Below are positions 12,304 to 22,998 of a stretch of DNA of 60,536 nt, piece after piece. The DNA is from Schizochytrium sp. TIO01 (Eukaryota > Protista > Bigyra: Labyrinthulomycetes): assembly GCA_004764695.1 (NCBI GenBank), contig SMSO01000012.1:1-60536 (forward strand), read 5' to 3'. Every line of letters begins with the position of its first letter. Positions within the stretch are counted from its first letter, which is position 1. The notes under the pieces were generated by a model that saw only the letters and a program-made list of their open reading frames with translations, did no database searches and was not told the DNA's origin. A program made the position numbers and the translations under genes.

Positions 12304-13216
12304 GACCACACTTCCACGTCTGAAAGCACCGTGAAGCTTAATGTTTGTTTTCAAGCCTCACCTTATTATCACGCAACACTCATTCGTTCCTGTGCCCTGA
12401 TTTGCGCGAATGGCCACTTCAGCTCTCTTCTCATATAGCTCGTTCTTCTACAGATCTGCATCTCCTCTTGTTTAGTCCCATAGCGACTACAGCAAGATTA
12501 TTCTGAGCTTGTTCTTTCTCGGTCCGTGTGCTCACAATGTACTTTTATCCTTCTGGTGCGCGGAGGCTGATCGAAGGCGAAGAACAATATTTTCCCCTCG
12601 CATGCACCATTTGTCTAGATTTATCTTGACAGACATATCGTTGCAGCAATTACGGCGAGAGCCTTACGGTTTAATCTTTGTTTTTTTATTCTGCCGTTCT
12701 AACAAACTGTTCCCTTAGCCTTTACCTTCAGCAATCATCATTATTACTTTGACCAAATCTTCTGATACTATAGTTTATTGATCTACAGATTAATTGTGCA
12801 CAATTTTCGTCATATTTTAGGTTCATGGAGTCCAAAAATGTTAAGAATAGAATATTAGAACCTGAGAGTTATCAACAATCAAACATGAGGGTGTGCCACT
12901 GCTCCAACTCAAACGAAAGCATATTATGGTTCCCGCGTTCCCACAGCTAATATTTATGCTCCACAATCCTTTAGCCAGCCAACTTTGAACACAAGATTGT
13001 AATGAAACAGTTGATGTCTCAACAGACCTAGGCTATTTTCTATATGCCATGCTCAAGTCACGATGTCAGAGAGCTCTAGATGTTAATAAGTGCAAAGTGG
13101 GATTTGGCATTAATAGCATTCGATCTCATTTTGTTTTTGTTTCTTTAGAAATATTGTTGGGTCAGGGCTTTCGCGTAGCTTAATTAGCTTCTTCTCAAAC
13201 AAACAAATGTTCTATG

Positions 13217-13279
13217 TATATGTACGGTAACCTAGCACCATTAAACTAAATATGTGGAACATTATTGTAATTTGATTAT
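13217..13279 (+). promoter_or_regulatory. Conserved upstream element of copy 3 (TATATGTA..GTAACC..TAGCACCA..TAAATA..TTTGATTAT)
   Basis: The same blocks occur in the same order upstream of copy 4 (15793-15859). Confidence 0.45.
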
Positions 13280-13469
13280 CTTGGCTCTTGGCTTTGGGAA
13301 AGAGCAGGAGCATTTAAACAGTACTGATTAGGGTGCAATGTGTAAATTCTTTATTAGGGTTTCTGGTAGAATTTGCTAGCATGACGAATAGAGAAGAATC
13401 GCGTGCTCGTTCACAGCACGTTCTACCTTGCCAAAGACTAAACAAAGAACTTGACAACTACTTTTGATC

Positions 13470-14999
13470 ATGGGAGACCTTCACGCACTCGACAGTCTAC
13501 TTTCTCAGCCCAACTTGAGCCCTCAAGAAGTCTCGTGGCGAGGCATGCAGAATATGAAACACGTATTAACGCCACCCTTGCCCCAAGATGAAGATGGCAC
13601 CAGACTCATCGACTTCTCGCAAACAGATCCTCTCTTAATTGAGGGTGATCTGGATGGGTTTTGGGACAATGATTTCGCAAGTGACATCCCCATCTCAAGA
13701 CAGCAGAACTCAGCACCAGTGATTGCACCAACTGCAACGAGACTCAGGGGATACATGGTACCAATACCGAAAACCTCATCTGAAGAAAAGGGCCACAACG
13801 TGCCAATCAAAGTCGCACAGAATAATGAAGGCAAGAACAATGATTCGTGTACCACATTGGCTGCAAGTAAGCGTAATGCTGATGCGTGCCGTCGCAACCG
13901 GCTAAAACGCAAGGCTGACGAGGATAATCTTCGCAAGAGAAATGAAGAATTGGAGCAGAACCGGGGTTTCTTTCTTCATCGCATCGCAGAACTGCGATTT
14001 CAGGTTGATGTTTTACGCATGGCAGGTTCCGTTGACTTGCGCAGAGAAAATGATCTTCTTAGGGCTGAAATAAGGAGGCACAAAGCTTATCTAAAGGATG
14101 TGGTGCAAGTAGTAAAAAAACATCCTCGTATCTTACTTGAAGAGAAGGCGAGGCTCCTGCAGTCGTGTCTTGACGACTGCATGTCACAAGTAATTGGTCT
14201 TACATATCATTCAAGGCAGTGGGCTCGGCTCCACACAATTCGTCGTGGCAACCTTTCGATGAATATTTACTATGATATGCTACCCAAAAACGTTCCTCTT
14301 AGTGAGGTAAAGCGGATCAATCTTAGATACGAAGTTTTGAATGCTCCTGCTTCTGCAAAAACCTTTCACCACGTTTTGAGGATGTTCGACGACAACAATA
14401 CGCAGAACAACCGATTAAAGGAGATTGCTGAAGCAGAAGTATGCTCACGCTGGCAGGTCAATCAACTCGTATCTCCTGAACTTGAAGAGACCCTTGCTGT
14501 GTTGTCTCCTGAAGGCAATGTACAGATCTCCACCTATTCTGAACATCAAGATGATAAGGCCCGGATACAAACAACGGTGATTGCCTGTTCTTTGGAGGAA
14601 AGAAAGAAGCTTGTACCTCAAGCCCTTTTTGAGAAACATGAGGAAGATATTGTGAGGTGTAATATTATTGAACGCATGTCAAGTGAAGTTGTGCCTGTTT
14701 ATATGCACGGGATGACGAATTGTGACAAAGAGTTAGCACATGCGAGGATTCCCTTTCAAACTAGTGCAGAGGTGAACTTCACCAAGGGCCATATAATTGT
14801 TCCCCATCCTGACGATCCGAACGCATGTCACGTGATTGCCGTTTCAACAATCCCAATTGGCAACTTTCCTAAGCTCCTCTCACCGAGCGATTTTATCACA
14901 GAAGATGGTCGGTTGGCCGATGCGTATGCTCGTCTATCGGCTCAACAATTTGATTTTTTTGTTGAAGAGATGGCTTCATATAATGAAACAGTGGAATAA
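13470..14999 (+). CDS. bZIP transcription factor with putative START-like domain (copy 3)
   Basis: RNADACRRNRLKRK plus zipper. ATG 13470 aligns with the N-termini of copies 4-6. Confidence 0.92.
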   Translation: MGDLHALDSLLSQPNLSPQEVSWRGMQNMKHVLTPPLPQDEDGTRLIDFSQTDPLLIEGDLDGFWDNDFASDIPISRQQNSAPVIAPTATRLRGYMVPIPKTSSEEKGHNVPIKVAQNNEGKNNDSCTTLAASKRNADACRRNRLKRKADEDNLRKRNEELEQNRGFFLHRIAELRFQVDVLRMAGSVDLRRENDLLRAEIRRHKAYLKDVVQVVKKHPRILLEEKARLLQSCLDDCMSQVIGLTYHSRQWARLHTIRRGNLSMNIYYDMLPKNVPLSEVKRINLRYEVLNAPASAKTFHHVLRMFDDNNTQNNRLKEIAEAEVCSRWQVNQLVSPELEETLAVLSPEGNVQISTYSEHQDDKARIQTTVIACSLEERKKLVPQALFEKHEEDIVRCNIIERMSSEVVPVYMHGMTNCDKELAHARIPFQTSAEVNFTKGHIIVPHPDDPNACHVIAVSTIPIGNFPKLLSPSDFITEDGRLADAYARLSAQQFDFFVEEMASYNETVE

Positions 15000-15776
15000 A
15001 TGAATTGTGAAACACATAATATCAATAAATGTTAAATTACACAAACGTTTTCTTGAAAGCCACAAACTAAATAGATTTTCTGTAGAACAAAGGTTTATTA
15101 TCTTCTAAATTCTTATTCGACGAATAGCTTGCAAGCCATTTTGGCAACCTCCTCGCGATACATGAAACACGTATTCCTATGCAATGCGTGTGGATCCCAT
15201 TCTTGATTTTCAAGATGGTACGTTATTCCTTTTTCCATGAATTGCATCGAGCTCACGCTATTCAAATAGAGCTACCATCAATTTGATCTAGGACAGCACC
15301 ACGAAGCCCTAAGCTTCTTTCATATGCATTTTTTTTTTCCCTGTACATATTGCTGGCATAATCCAGGAAGGGTACTGAAGTTGCATATAAAAACCCAAAT
15401 TAGGAAATATAATTATATGTGCATCTCATCTCACTTCGTGGAGTGCTGGCCACAGAAAAAGAATGCAGCGATCATGTTGTACCGGAAATCTTTTAATACA
15501 TGGAGCTCAAGTCACCTCCTAAACCTAAACTGCTCAGATATGGCACTGTTATTATGTTACATTTTTTTTTCTCTTATGAATGACCTCTTGCTGATATTTC
15601 CGAAATTCTGCAGAGCACGTCATTCTATAATTCTTTACAACATTCAACTTCTTACAGTTTGACCCTTCGCACATCTTATCATTTATTCCAGGCAGGTACC
15701 ATATTATTCGTGTTTACTTCGACTCCAAAACTCAGACTATATCTTGGCTATCCCTTGCAAAATACCATACTTGCAG

Positions 15777-15859
15777 CCGCTGCGTGTTGAACTATATGTA
15801 ACCATGTGTAGCACCACCGTAAATACACTGGACAGTCCATTTGGACACACTTTGATTAT
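15777..15859 (+). promoter_or_regulatory. Conserved upstream element of copy 4 (CCGCTG-N10-TATATGTAACC..TAGCACCA..TAAATA..TTTGATTAT)
   Basis: Blocks are shared with the copy 3 and copy 6 upstream regions; ~150 bp before the ATG. Confidence 0.5.
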
Positions 15860-15943
15860 ATGAATTTAGTATTGATCTGGCAGTATGGTTAGTCCCTTCC
15901 TCTTTACCAACTCAGAGACAGCAAACTCTATCGCAGATCCGTG

Positions 15944-17500
15944 ATGGAAGACTTCGACAGCTTGGATGACTATCTCTTGCAACCGGAGATGGGCTTTGAC
16001 GAGCTCTCATGGCTGCGAGCGTCTCCTCACGGGCGGGGGGAGCCTCCATCTATAGAGTCCTCGATGTTGGGCTTAATTGAGTCATTTGCGGAAACCACGA
16101 AACCGCGTACCTTGAACGAGTTTGGAGACCTCAGCAACAGCGAAACGACTGAAGGTTTCGTTGAACAAAAGCTCGGTACAAGTCAAAGTAAACTTGGGCC
16201 CGAGGGTAGCTTTGGCGATATTTTGGCAAGCTCACAGATGGTTTTGGGATCTCGCAGATCAACGCATAGTAGCACGCAAGGTTCTTCATCGAGCCAGAAA
16301 AGCTCAAATTTCCAAGCAGATAATTCAAATGAAGGAGCACTGATATCTGTGAATAAGAGGAATGCAGAGGCATGTCGCCGCAACAGGCTTAAACGCAAAG
16401 CAGACGAAGAGAACCTGCGAAAGAGGAACGAGGAACTGGAGGGGAACCGAGGGTTCTTTCTGGAGCGCATTGCGGAATTGCAGTTCCAGGTGGATGCGCT
16501 GCGTATGGCTGGATCGATTGATTTACGCAAGGAAAATGAATTCTTAAGGAAAGAGATCGCCTTGCATAAGTCATATCTAGATGATATGGTGAAAGCCGTT
16601 AAGAAGCATCCAAAAATTTTACTTGAAGAACGCGCAAGGCTGATTAAAACCTTCCTGAACGACTCCGTCGCCCATGTTGTTGGTCTTGCATATTCCTCGG
16701 CAGGGTGGCAGTACTTGCATACTACCCGGCATGGAATTTTCTCTATGCGAATGCACTATGATGTACTGCCAAAAAATGTTCCTCTCAGCGAAGTAAAACG
16801 AATTAATATTCGTTGCGAACTTTTGAACGCACCTGCGGGGGCCAAAGCTTTTCACAATTTTGTGTCAAGCTTGTGGCATGATCAAGGTCGAATGCGTCGG
16901 TATAAGGAAGCGCTTCAGGTTATGTCCGAAGCTGATTGGAACATTGATACTACTAATATGTCCTCAGAGCTCAAGGAGGCCTTATCAGCGTTGCCTACGG
17001 AGGACAATGTACGCATTGCTACCTGCACAGAATACGAGAACAACCGAATTCAGCTACAAACTACAATGTCTGCATGTTCTGCCAAACAAAATTTGGTCCC
17101 GCGTGCTCTCTTTGCTAAAGACGATAAAGATGCAGAACGGGACTTAGTTATCGATAGTATGACAAGTGAAGCAAAACCAGCATTCATCCATGCAATTACA
17201 AATTGTGACCAAGAACTTGCCGAAGCAAAAGTACCAACCCCTTACATCGCTCCGTTTAAGTTCACAAATGGTCATGTGATTGTTCCTCATGATACTGATC
17301 CGAATTCGTGCCACGTTGTTGCCGTCTCGACGGTTCCTATTGGGACCTTCCCGACATTACGAACTCCAGCTGATATGTTTACAAAGGACGGACTTCTGAC
17401 AGACATGTACATTGAGTCTTTCAGTGCCCAGCTCGAGTTTTTCATGGAGGAGGTTACTGCATTTTGTGAAGCGCATGCCTATAATGTAAACGTTGGTTAA
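15944..17500 (+). CDS. bZIP transcription factor with putative START-like domain (copy 4)
   Basis: RNAEACRRNRLKRK plus zipper; closely similar to copy 6. Confidence 0.92.
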   Translation: MEDFDSLDDYLLQPEMGFDELSWLRASPHGRGEPPSIESSMLGLIESFAETTKPRTLNEFGDLSNSETTEGFVEQKLGTSQSKLGPEGSFGDILASSQMVLGSRRSTHSSTQGSSSSQKSSNFQADNSNEGALISVNKRNAEACRRNRLKRKADEENLRKRNEELEGNRGFFLERIAELQFQVDALRMAGSIDLRKENEFLRKEIALHKSYLDDMVKAVKKHPKILLEERARLIKTFLNDSVAHVVGLAYSSAGWQYLHTTRHGIFSMRMHYDVLPKNVPLSEVKRINIRCELLNAPAGAKAFHNFVSSLWHDQGRMRRYKEALQVMSEADWNIDTTNMSSELKEALSALPTEDNVRIATCTEYENNRIQLQTTMSACSAKQNLVPRALFAKDDKDAERDLVIDSMTSEAKPAFIHAITNCDQELAEAKVPTPYIAPFKFTNGHVIVPHDTDPNSCHVVAVSTVPIGTFPTLRTPADMFTKDGLLTDMYIESFSAQLEFFMEEVTAFCEAHAYNVNVG

Positions 17501-18482
17501 TTCTTCTGTTGCTTCCTATTTAATGCCCTTCTTAAATGTGCTCTCATCAGTTCAGTTAATGCACTCCTTGGAAGATTGTTTCCATTGAACTCATCCTTGT
17601 ATTTGTGAGCAAATCATCGGATTGATATTACAATCATAAATGATAATAGATTTTCAATTTCTGCATGTAGCAAGGTTCGCGTTTCGCAGATGTAAGGGAT
17701 TCATCGTTAAAGCTATTGATATTATAGCTGAGGTTTGTGCCACTTTTTAAAATTCGTTTTATAGTTGTGGTTGCATGCCTCTCGCTTCAAATCATGATAT
17801 CATTAGGAGTTGAACAGCTTAATCTAATTATTCAGGTATATTGAGGAATTAGCTGATCAAACACTCCGGGTGATTTTGTACAAGATTGATATCTGGTGAG
17901 TCTGTGGAGTCAATTTCTTATGCTTTGCATAGAAAGCACTTCTGAGCTAAGAGGCGTCTCATAAGCTATTGTTTCCTTCAATCTTGCAAAGTTACGCTCT
18001 TACTAAATAAATTGTAGCTACTGGACAAGAGAAGCGTCCAGAGCGCTGAGACAGACTTGTGACCCTTGAACTCTCTTGGTCTAATCGTTTTGAAATTGAT
18101 GATAGTTTTAATTTTTAACTACAAGTTTGCTCGCTCCATTCTCCTTTTCTGATGGTCATTGTTTCAGCTTCAAATTTAGCAAAAGTCTTCCTTTATTCGT
18201 GCATTTTAACTTTTTTCTACCTGTTTCCTTGCAAATTTATCACTTCAGTTTCTTCATTTGTGTAACTCCATGTCGTATACTAATTACTAAACCCCTTGGT
18301 TTGATCACATTCTTCTGGCCATTTACGAACGATTTGGATTTCTTAAACAATTTCAGTGTATTACTTTCTATAGTAAATAATAGTAATAGTAAGTGTGTAC
18401 AATTACAATAGTATCAACATGCACATCAAGTTGACTGTAGCACTGGAACAGAAAAGAATCAATCTCGAAGTGAGGAACCACA

Positions 18483-20123
18483 ATGGAGGATCTCGACAGC
18501 GTATTCGACGATATTGTATCTCTGCCAGAGCTAGGCCTTGATAACCTCTCTTGGCTTCAGGCTTCTCCGCAGCCTCGCGGAACTACAAGTTTTGAAGATG
18601 CTGGAGGTGCCAGCTGCTGCTCCGAACAGCCGAATGAATCCTACACGAGAAGTAGCAAAAGCGAAAGTATTCTCGATGGCAGCAGCAAGACCGGTCACCC
18701 TAATACTAGCGGTATCAGCAGCAGCAGCAGCAGTAGCAGCAGCGATAGCAGCAGTAGCTTTTATAATGGTTGCAACAGCTCCAATAGTAATAATATCGTA
18801 CTAAATGGCTGCTTTGGCAATGTCTTCTCAACTTCAGAAATAGATTCACAGCAGCTCCCAGTAAGTGTCTTAGCGTCAGAATTACCGCGGAGAAATAGGA
18901 ATAAGTCGTGTGCTAAAGCATCTGTGACACCGCTGCAATCCTTGTCCAAACCAAACTCAAGCACCGCGTCATACTTGAACAAACGCAACGCAGAGGCTTG
19001 TCGACGCAACAGACTCAAACGCAGGGCCGAGGAGGAATTTCTTCGTAATCGTAACGAGGAACTGCAGCAAAATCGCGCTCTTTATATGCAACGAATTGCA
19101 GATCTGCAAAATCAGGTAGATGTCCTATGCATGGGTGCAGACACTATTGACTTAAGAAAGGAGAACGAGTTCCTGAAGGCTGAGATAGTACAACAAAAGG
19201 CATACCTAGATGGAATGGTCAAAGCTATCAGAAGACACCCATCTATTTTACCAGAGGAACGAGCAAGGTTACTGAGGTCTTGTTTAGAAAACTCTGTAGC
19301 ATACGTGGTTGGACTGGCCCATTTATCTACTTCATGGAGACATATTTATTCTGCTCAATTTGAGAAGTTTTCTATGAACTCGCACTACGATACGTTGCCG
19401 AGAAATGTTTCGCTTGGTGAAGTACGAAGAATCAACATCCGATCGGAATTTGTAAATGTTCCTGTTTCAGCTTCAAAATTTCATGAAATTATGATATCTA
19501 TGTGGAACGATAGAAACCGGGCATCTAGGCTTTCAGCAGCCCTTAAAAGAACCTCCCACTGGGATTGGCGTGTAGACCCATTGAGCTCCCCAGAACTTGA
19601 CGAATCTATCTCAAATATGCCCCCAGATGAGAAGGTATGTATATCTCGCTGTCTAGAAATTCAGGAAGGTACTTATGAACACAAGACAACAATGTCTGCA
19701 TATTCAACGAAAAAAGACCTTATTCCACGTGCAATTTTCAGACAGGATGGGGATGGAGATAAAGCAGACGGGTGTACAGCCACTTCCCATTTGGCTGATC
19801 AACATGTTTCAGCATATATCCATGCGATGACAAACTGCGATGCGGAACTGGAACAAGCCCAAATCCCCACAGGAATCAAGGGTCACTTCAAGTTTACCTC
19901 TGGGCATGTCGCTATCCCAGACCAAAATGATCCGAACACATGTCATGTGGTTGCTATTGTTTCTATTCCAGTTGGGGAATTTCAAACTGTTCGTTCGCCT
20001 TATGACATGATCACAGAAGAAGGAACTCTCACTGAATCATATGCGCGACTTTATCACGCTCAGGTTGAGTACTTTTTGGAAGAGGTTTCAGGTTTGTGCG
20101 AGGCAACTGCAGTTGAATATTGA
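18483..20123 (+). CDS. bZIP transcription factor with putative START-like domain (copy 5)
   Basis: 546-aa ORF with RNAEACRRNRLKRR, zipper and a poly-Ser N-terminal tract. Confidence 0.92.
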   Translation: MEDLDSVFDDIVSLPELGLDNLSWLQASPQPRGTTSFEDAGGASCCSEQPNESYTRSSKSESILDGSSKTGHPNTSGISSSSSSSSSDSSSSFYNGCNSSNSNNIVLNGCFGNVFSTSEIDSQQLPVSVLASELPRRNRNKSCAKASVTPLQSLSKPNSSTASYLNKRNAEACRRNRLKRRAEEEFLRNRNEELQQNRALYMQRIADLQNQVDVLCMGADTIDLRKENEFLKAEIVQQKAYLDGMVKAIRRHPSILPEERARLLRSCLENSVAYVVGLAHLSTSWRHIYSAQFEKFSMNSHYDTLPRNVSLGEVRRINIRSEFVNVPVSASKFHEIMISMWNDRNRASRLSAALKRTSHWDWRVDPLSSPELDESISNMPPDEKVCISRCLEIQEGTYEHKTTMSAYSTKKDLIPRAIFRQDGDGDKADGCTATSHLADQHVSAYIHAMTNCDAELEQAQIPTGIKGHFKFTSGHVAIPDQNDPNTCHVVAIVSIPVGEFQTVRSPYDMITEEGTLTESYARLYHAQVEYFLEEVSGLCEATAVEY

Positions 20124-20879
20124 CAATGACTTGGTGATTTTTTACTGGAGGTGTCGCTTCCCTTGCCTGGTTGATCTAATGATGTTTGGTTATCGTCTCC
20201 TTCTCCATCTCGCCGTAGTGGTATTTCTGCGGTATGGTTTGCACGGATTCGTCCCAACGTTCTTGATCTCTTCAGATGGAGAGGATTTGACTTGCAAGAT
20301 AATCAAAGAAATGAATATGAGGGTCTCATCTTAAGAGTTTTACTGCCACTTTAAATTGCTGTCTTCTTGCTAACAAAAGGTAGTTCCCTTTTCCTTTTCC
20401 CTTTGACCGCTCACAGGGCAGTGGCCACCCTAGCAACATTTACTTAAGCTCCTGCGATACGCTTTCTAAGATTCTGTCATAAGAGCAGAAATTGAGTTAT
20501 GTATTCTATCACCATGAGCGATGGTAAAATTTGTATGCATTGTTAAAAATTAAATACGGATAGAAGGTTTCAAAATGGCACCCGTTAGTTTCTTCTTCAA
20601 GTTTCTTCTCTCAAGAAGTATTTGAGAACCAGCAATCATTTAAATACTTGGTCTGCCCACCCAAGGACAAAAGACCGTCTCAAGACAGATTTTCTACCCC
20701 TCGCGCAAAACTAATATCCAACAAAGCAAATATCCTTTGCTACACATTTCTCGCCACGTCGACCTAAATAGTTGAAGTCTACAAGAACTCCAGCATGCTC
20801 CAGCGCACAGCACCTCGAATTTGGTGTAATGCAGTAGATAGCTACCTGCCTCTAGCTAGTAGAAATGTACTCTCAAACA

Positions 20880-20912
20880 CCGCTGACTGCAGCAATATAT
20901 GTACAGGGTTAC
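20880..20912 (+). promoter_or_regulatory. Conserved upstream element of copy 6 (CCGCTG-N10-TATATGTAC..GTTAC)
   Basis: Same motif and spacing as 15777-15800. Confidence 0.45.
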
Positions 20913-21107
20913 AAGGACTAGTAGTAATACCCCTACTTCTTGCTATTCTTAAGAACATGTCCAACCCTTCCCTACGTTCTTGGTATCTAATCCTATGGTG
21001 ACCTCGAACCTCTCAATTACGATGAAAAGAAGTTTGCTTGATTTCATTTGATGTGTCTCAGCACCAAACTCCAATGCTGCGGGCGCCGTGGTGCGTGCAA
21101 AGCCACC

Positions 21108-22661
21108 ATGGATGCGCTGGATGAGCTTTGGGAGCCCGATTTGGGGTTTGAGGACCTCACGTGGCTGCGTGCAGCGCCACAGGCCCGGTCCGAGCCCCGC
21201 GTGAGCGTCGGGAGATCATGTATTCGGATCCAGGCTGATGACGACTACGATGAGGATCACATGTACGAACAAAACAAAGTTAAAGGCGCCGCGTTCTCAG
21301 GCAATAGAGAATATGGAAGTTTTCCGACGTTTCGTGTCGATGCCCATATGCGTGGCAATGAAGTTACGTTTAATGGTCGTTTTGGAGATGTTTTCGTGTC
21401 CGCTCAAGGTGAAGTGCCAAGGTACAGGCCGACAACACTTGCCGAGAGAGCTGAGGCTGTACAAAGGAAACGTCTCGAAGTAACACAAACACCAGAACCT
21501 ATGGGAGTTAATATACGTAATGCAGAGGCATGCCGCAAAAATAGGCTCAAGCGGAAAGCAGATGAGGAGAACTTGCGAAAACGGAACGAAGAGCTTGAGG
21601 AGAACCGTGGTTTCTTTTTGGAACGAATCGCCGAACTGCAATACCAGGTCGACGCCTTGCAAATGGCAGGGTCTATTGACTTACGTAAGGAGAATGAACT
21701 TTTGAGGATTGAGATCAGCAAGCACAAGGCTTACTTAGATGATATGGTCAAGGCTGTCAAGAGACACCCGAAAATTTTGCTAGAGGAACGTGCGAGATTG
21801 CTTAAGACATGCCTTGATAATTCTGTGGCACACGTGGTTGGACTTGCGCATCGGTCTACATCATGGCGCCATTTGCATACAACACGGCGTGGAGAGTTCA
21901 GTATGCGCACGCATTATGACGTGTACCCGAAAAATGTGCCGTTCGGTGAGATCAAAAGAATTAATATTCGCTCGGAGCTATTGAACGTGCCTGCACCTGC
22001 TGGAGTTTTTCATAAGTTTGTCAGAACTATGTGGCAGGACAAAGAGAGAATACGCAAATTCAAGGAGGCCATGTCGTCCCTGAACGATGTAGACTGGGAA
22101 ATTGATGAATTCAGATCGCCAGAGCTTGACGAGACACTTTCTTGTTTTCCGCCTGAAGACCAGGTTCAATTGGCTTTATGTACCGAAATGGAAAACAACA
22201 ACGTGCGTTTGAAAACGACTATGTCAGCGTGCACAGCCCACCAAAATCTGGTTCCACAAGCACTCTTTGGAAATGACGACTCAGATCCTGAGAGAGAAAG
22301 GACCCTATCAGATATGCCAGATGTTGCTATTCCAGTTCATATCTATACCGTGACAAATTGTGACGAAGAGCTGGTGCAAGCGAAGATCATTACTGGGCAT
22401 ACTTCCTCTGAACGGTTTAAGGTCACAAACGGTCATGTTGTTCTGCCAAATGAGAAGGATCCTAATTCATGTCATGTAGTAGCTGTCTCATCTATTCCGA
22501 TCGGACACTTCCTACCGCTGCGTACGCCGCATGATATGATGACAGATGACGGGGTTCTGACTGAGAAGTATATCAATATGCTGAACGCACAGCTCGAGTT
22601 TCTAGCTGAAGAGGCTACTGCCTTCTGTGAAGCAACTGTGTACGCCACAAGCCTTGAATAA
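21108..22661 (+). CDS. bZIP transcription factor with putative START-like domain (copy 6)
   Basis: RNAEACRKNRLKRK plus zipper. ATG 21108 sits in a GCCACCATGG context and aligns with the paralogue starts; an upstream in-frame ATG is at 21051. Confidence 0.92.
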   Translation: MDALDELWEPDLGFEDLTWLRAAPQARSEPRVSVGRSCIRIQADDDYDEDHMYEQNKVKGAAFSGNREYGSFPTFRVDAHMRGNEVTFNGRFGDVFVSAQGEVPRYRPTTLAERAEAVQRKRLEVTQTPEPMGVNIRNAEACRKNRLKRKADEENLRKRNEELEENRGFFLERIAELQYQVDALQMAGSIDLRKENELLRIEISKHKAYLDDMVKAVKRHPKILLEERARLLKTCLDNSVAHVVGLAHRSTSWRHLHTTRRGEFSMRTHYDVYPKNVPFGEIKRINIRSELLNVPAPAGVFHKFVRTMWQDKERIRKFKEAMSSLNDVDWEIDEFRSPELDETLSCFPPEDQVQLALCTEMENNNVRLKTTMSACTAHQNLVPQALFGNDDSDPERERTLSDMPDVAIPVHIYTVTNCDEELVQAKIITGHTSSERFKVTNGHVVLPNEKDPNSCHVVAVSSIPIGHFLPLRTPHDMMTDDGVLTEKYINMLNAQLEFLAEEATAFCEATVYATSLE

Positions 22662-22998
22662 TTTGGATCTTCTAGTTGCAGATTTCGTGCTGATATTCTA
22701 TTCCTTATGGACTGTCCTACTCTCGAAGCAACATTTCAATAAATTAAATGATGGACATAGTAAAGGGGTACGAGAGTGATGTTTTTTCTTCTTCATTATC
22801 TGCCTAGTTTTATCTAGAGATCATATGGTTGCTTAATACAATGTCGGAAGACTACATTGCACTAGCACTCAACTTGAGTTTGTCCAGCCCTGAGGATACA
22901 ATGGATTTTGAGTAGACCTAGGTGAGGCGCATCTTTAGGCGTCTCAGCATGGCAGTCACAGACTGCCAGAGTTGCGGTGAGAGATTATAGTGAGGTCA

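Noticed and set aside
13523-13936. Recurring antisense ORFs containing 'RRHASALRL' opposite several copies (also 4717-4917, 10938-11225, 16183-16530, 18761-19018, 21404-21727)
   Set aside because: These are shadows of the conserved basic-region/zipper codons on the opposite strand, with no independent coding evidence.
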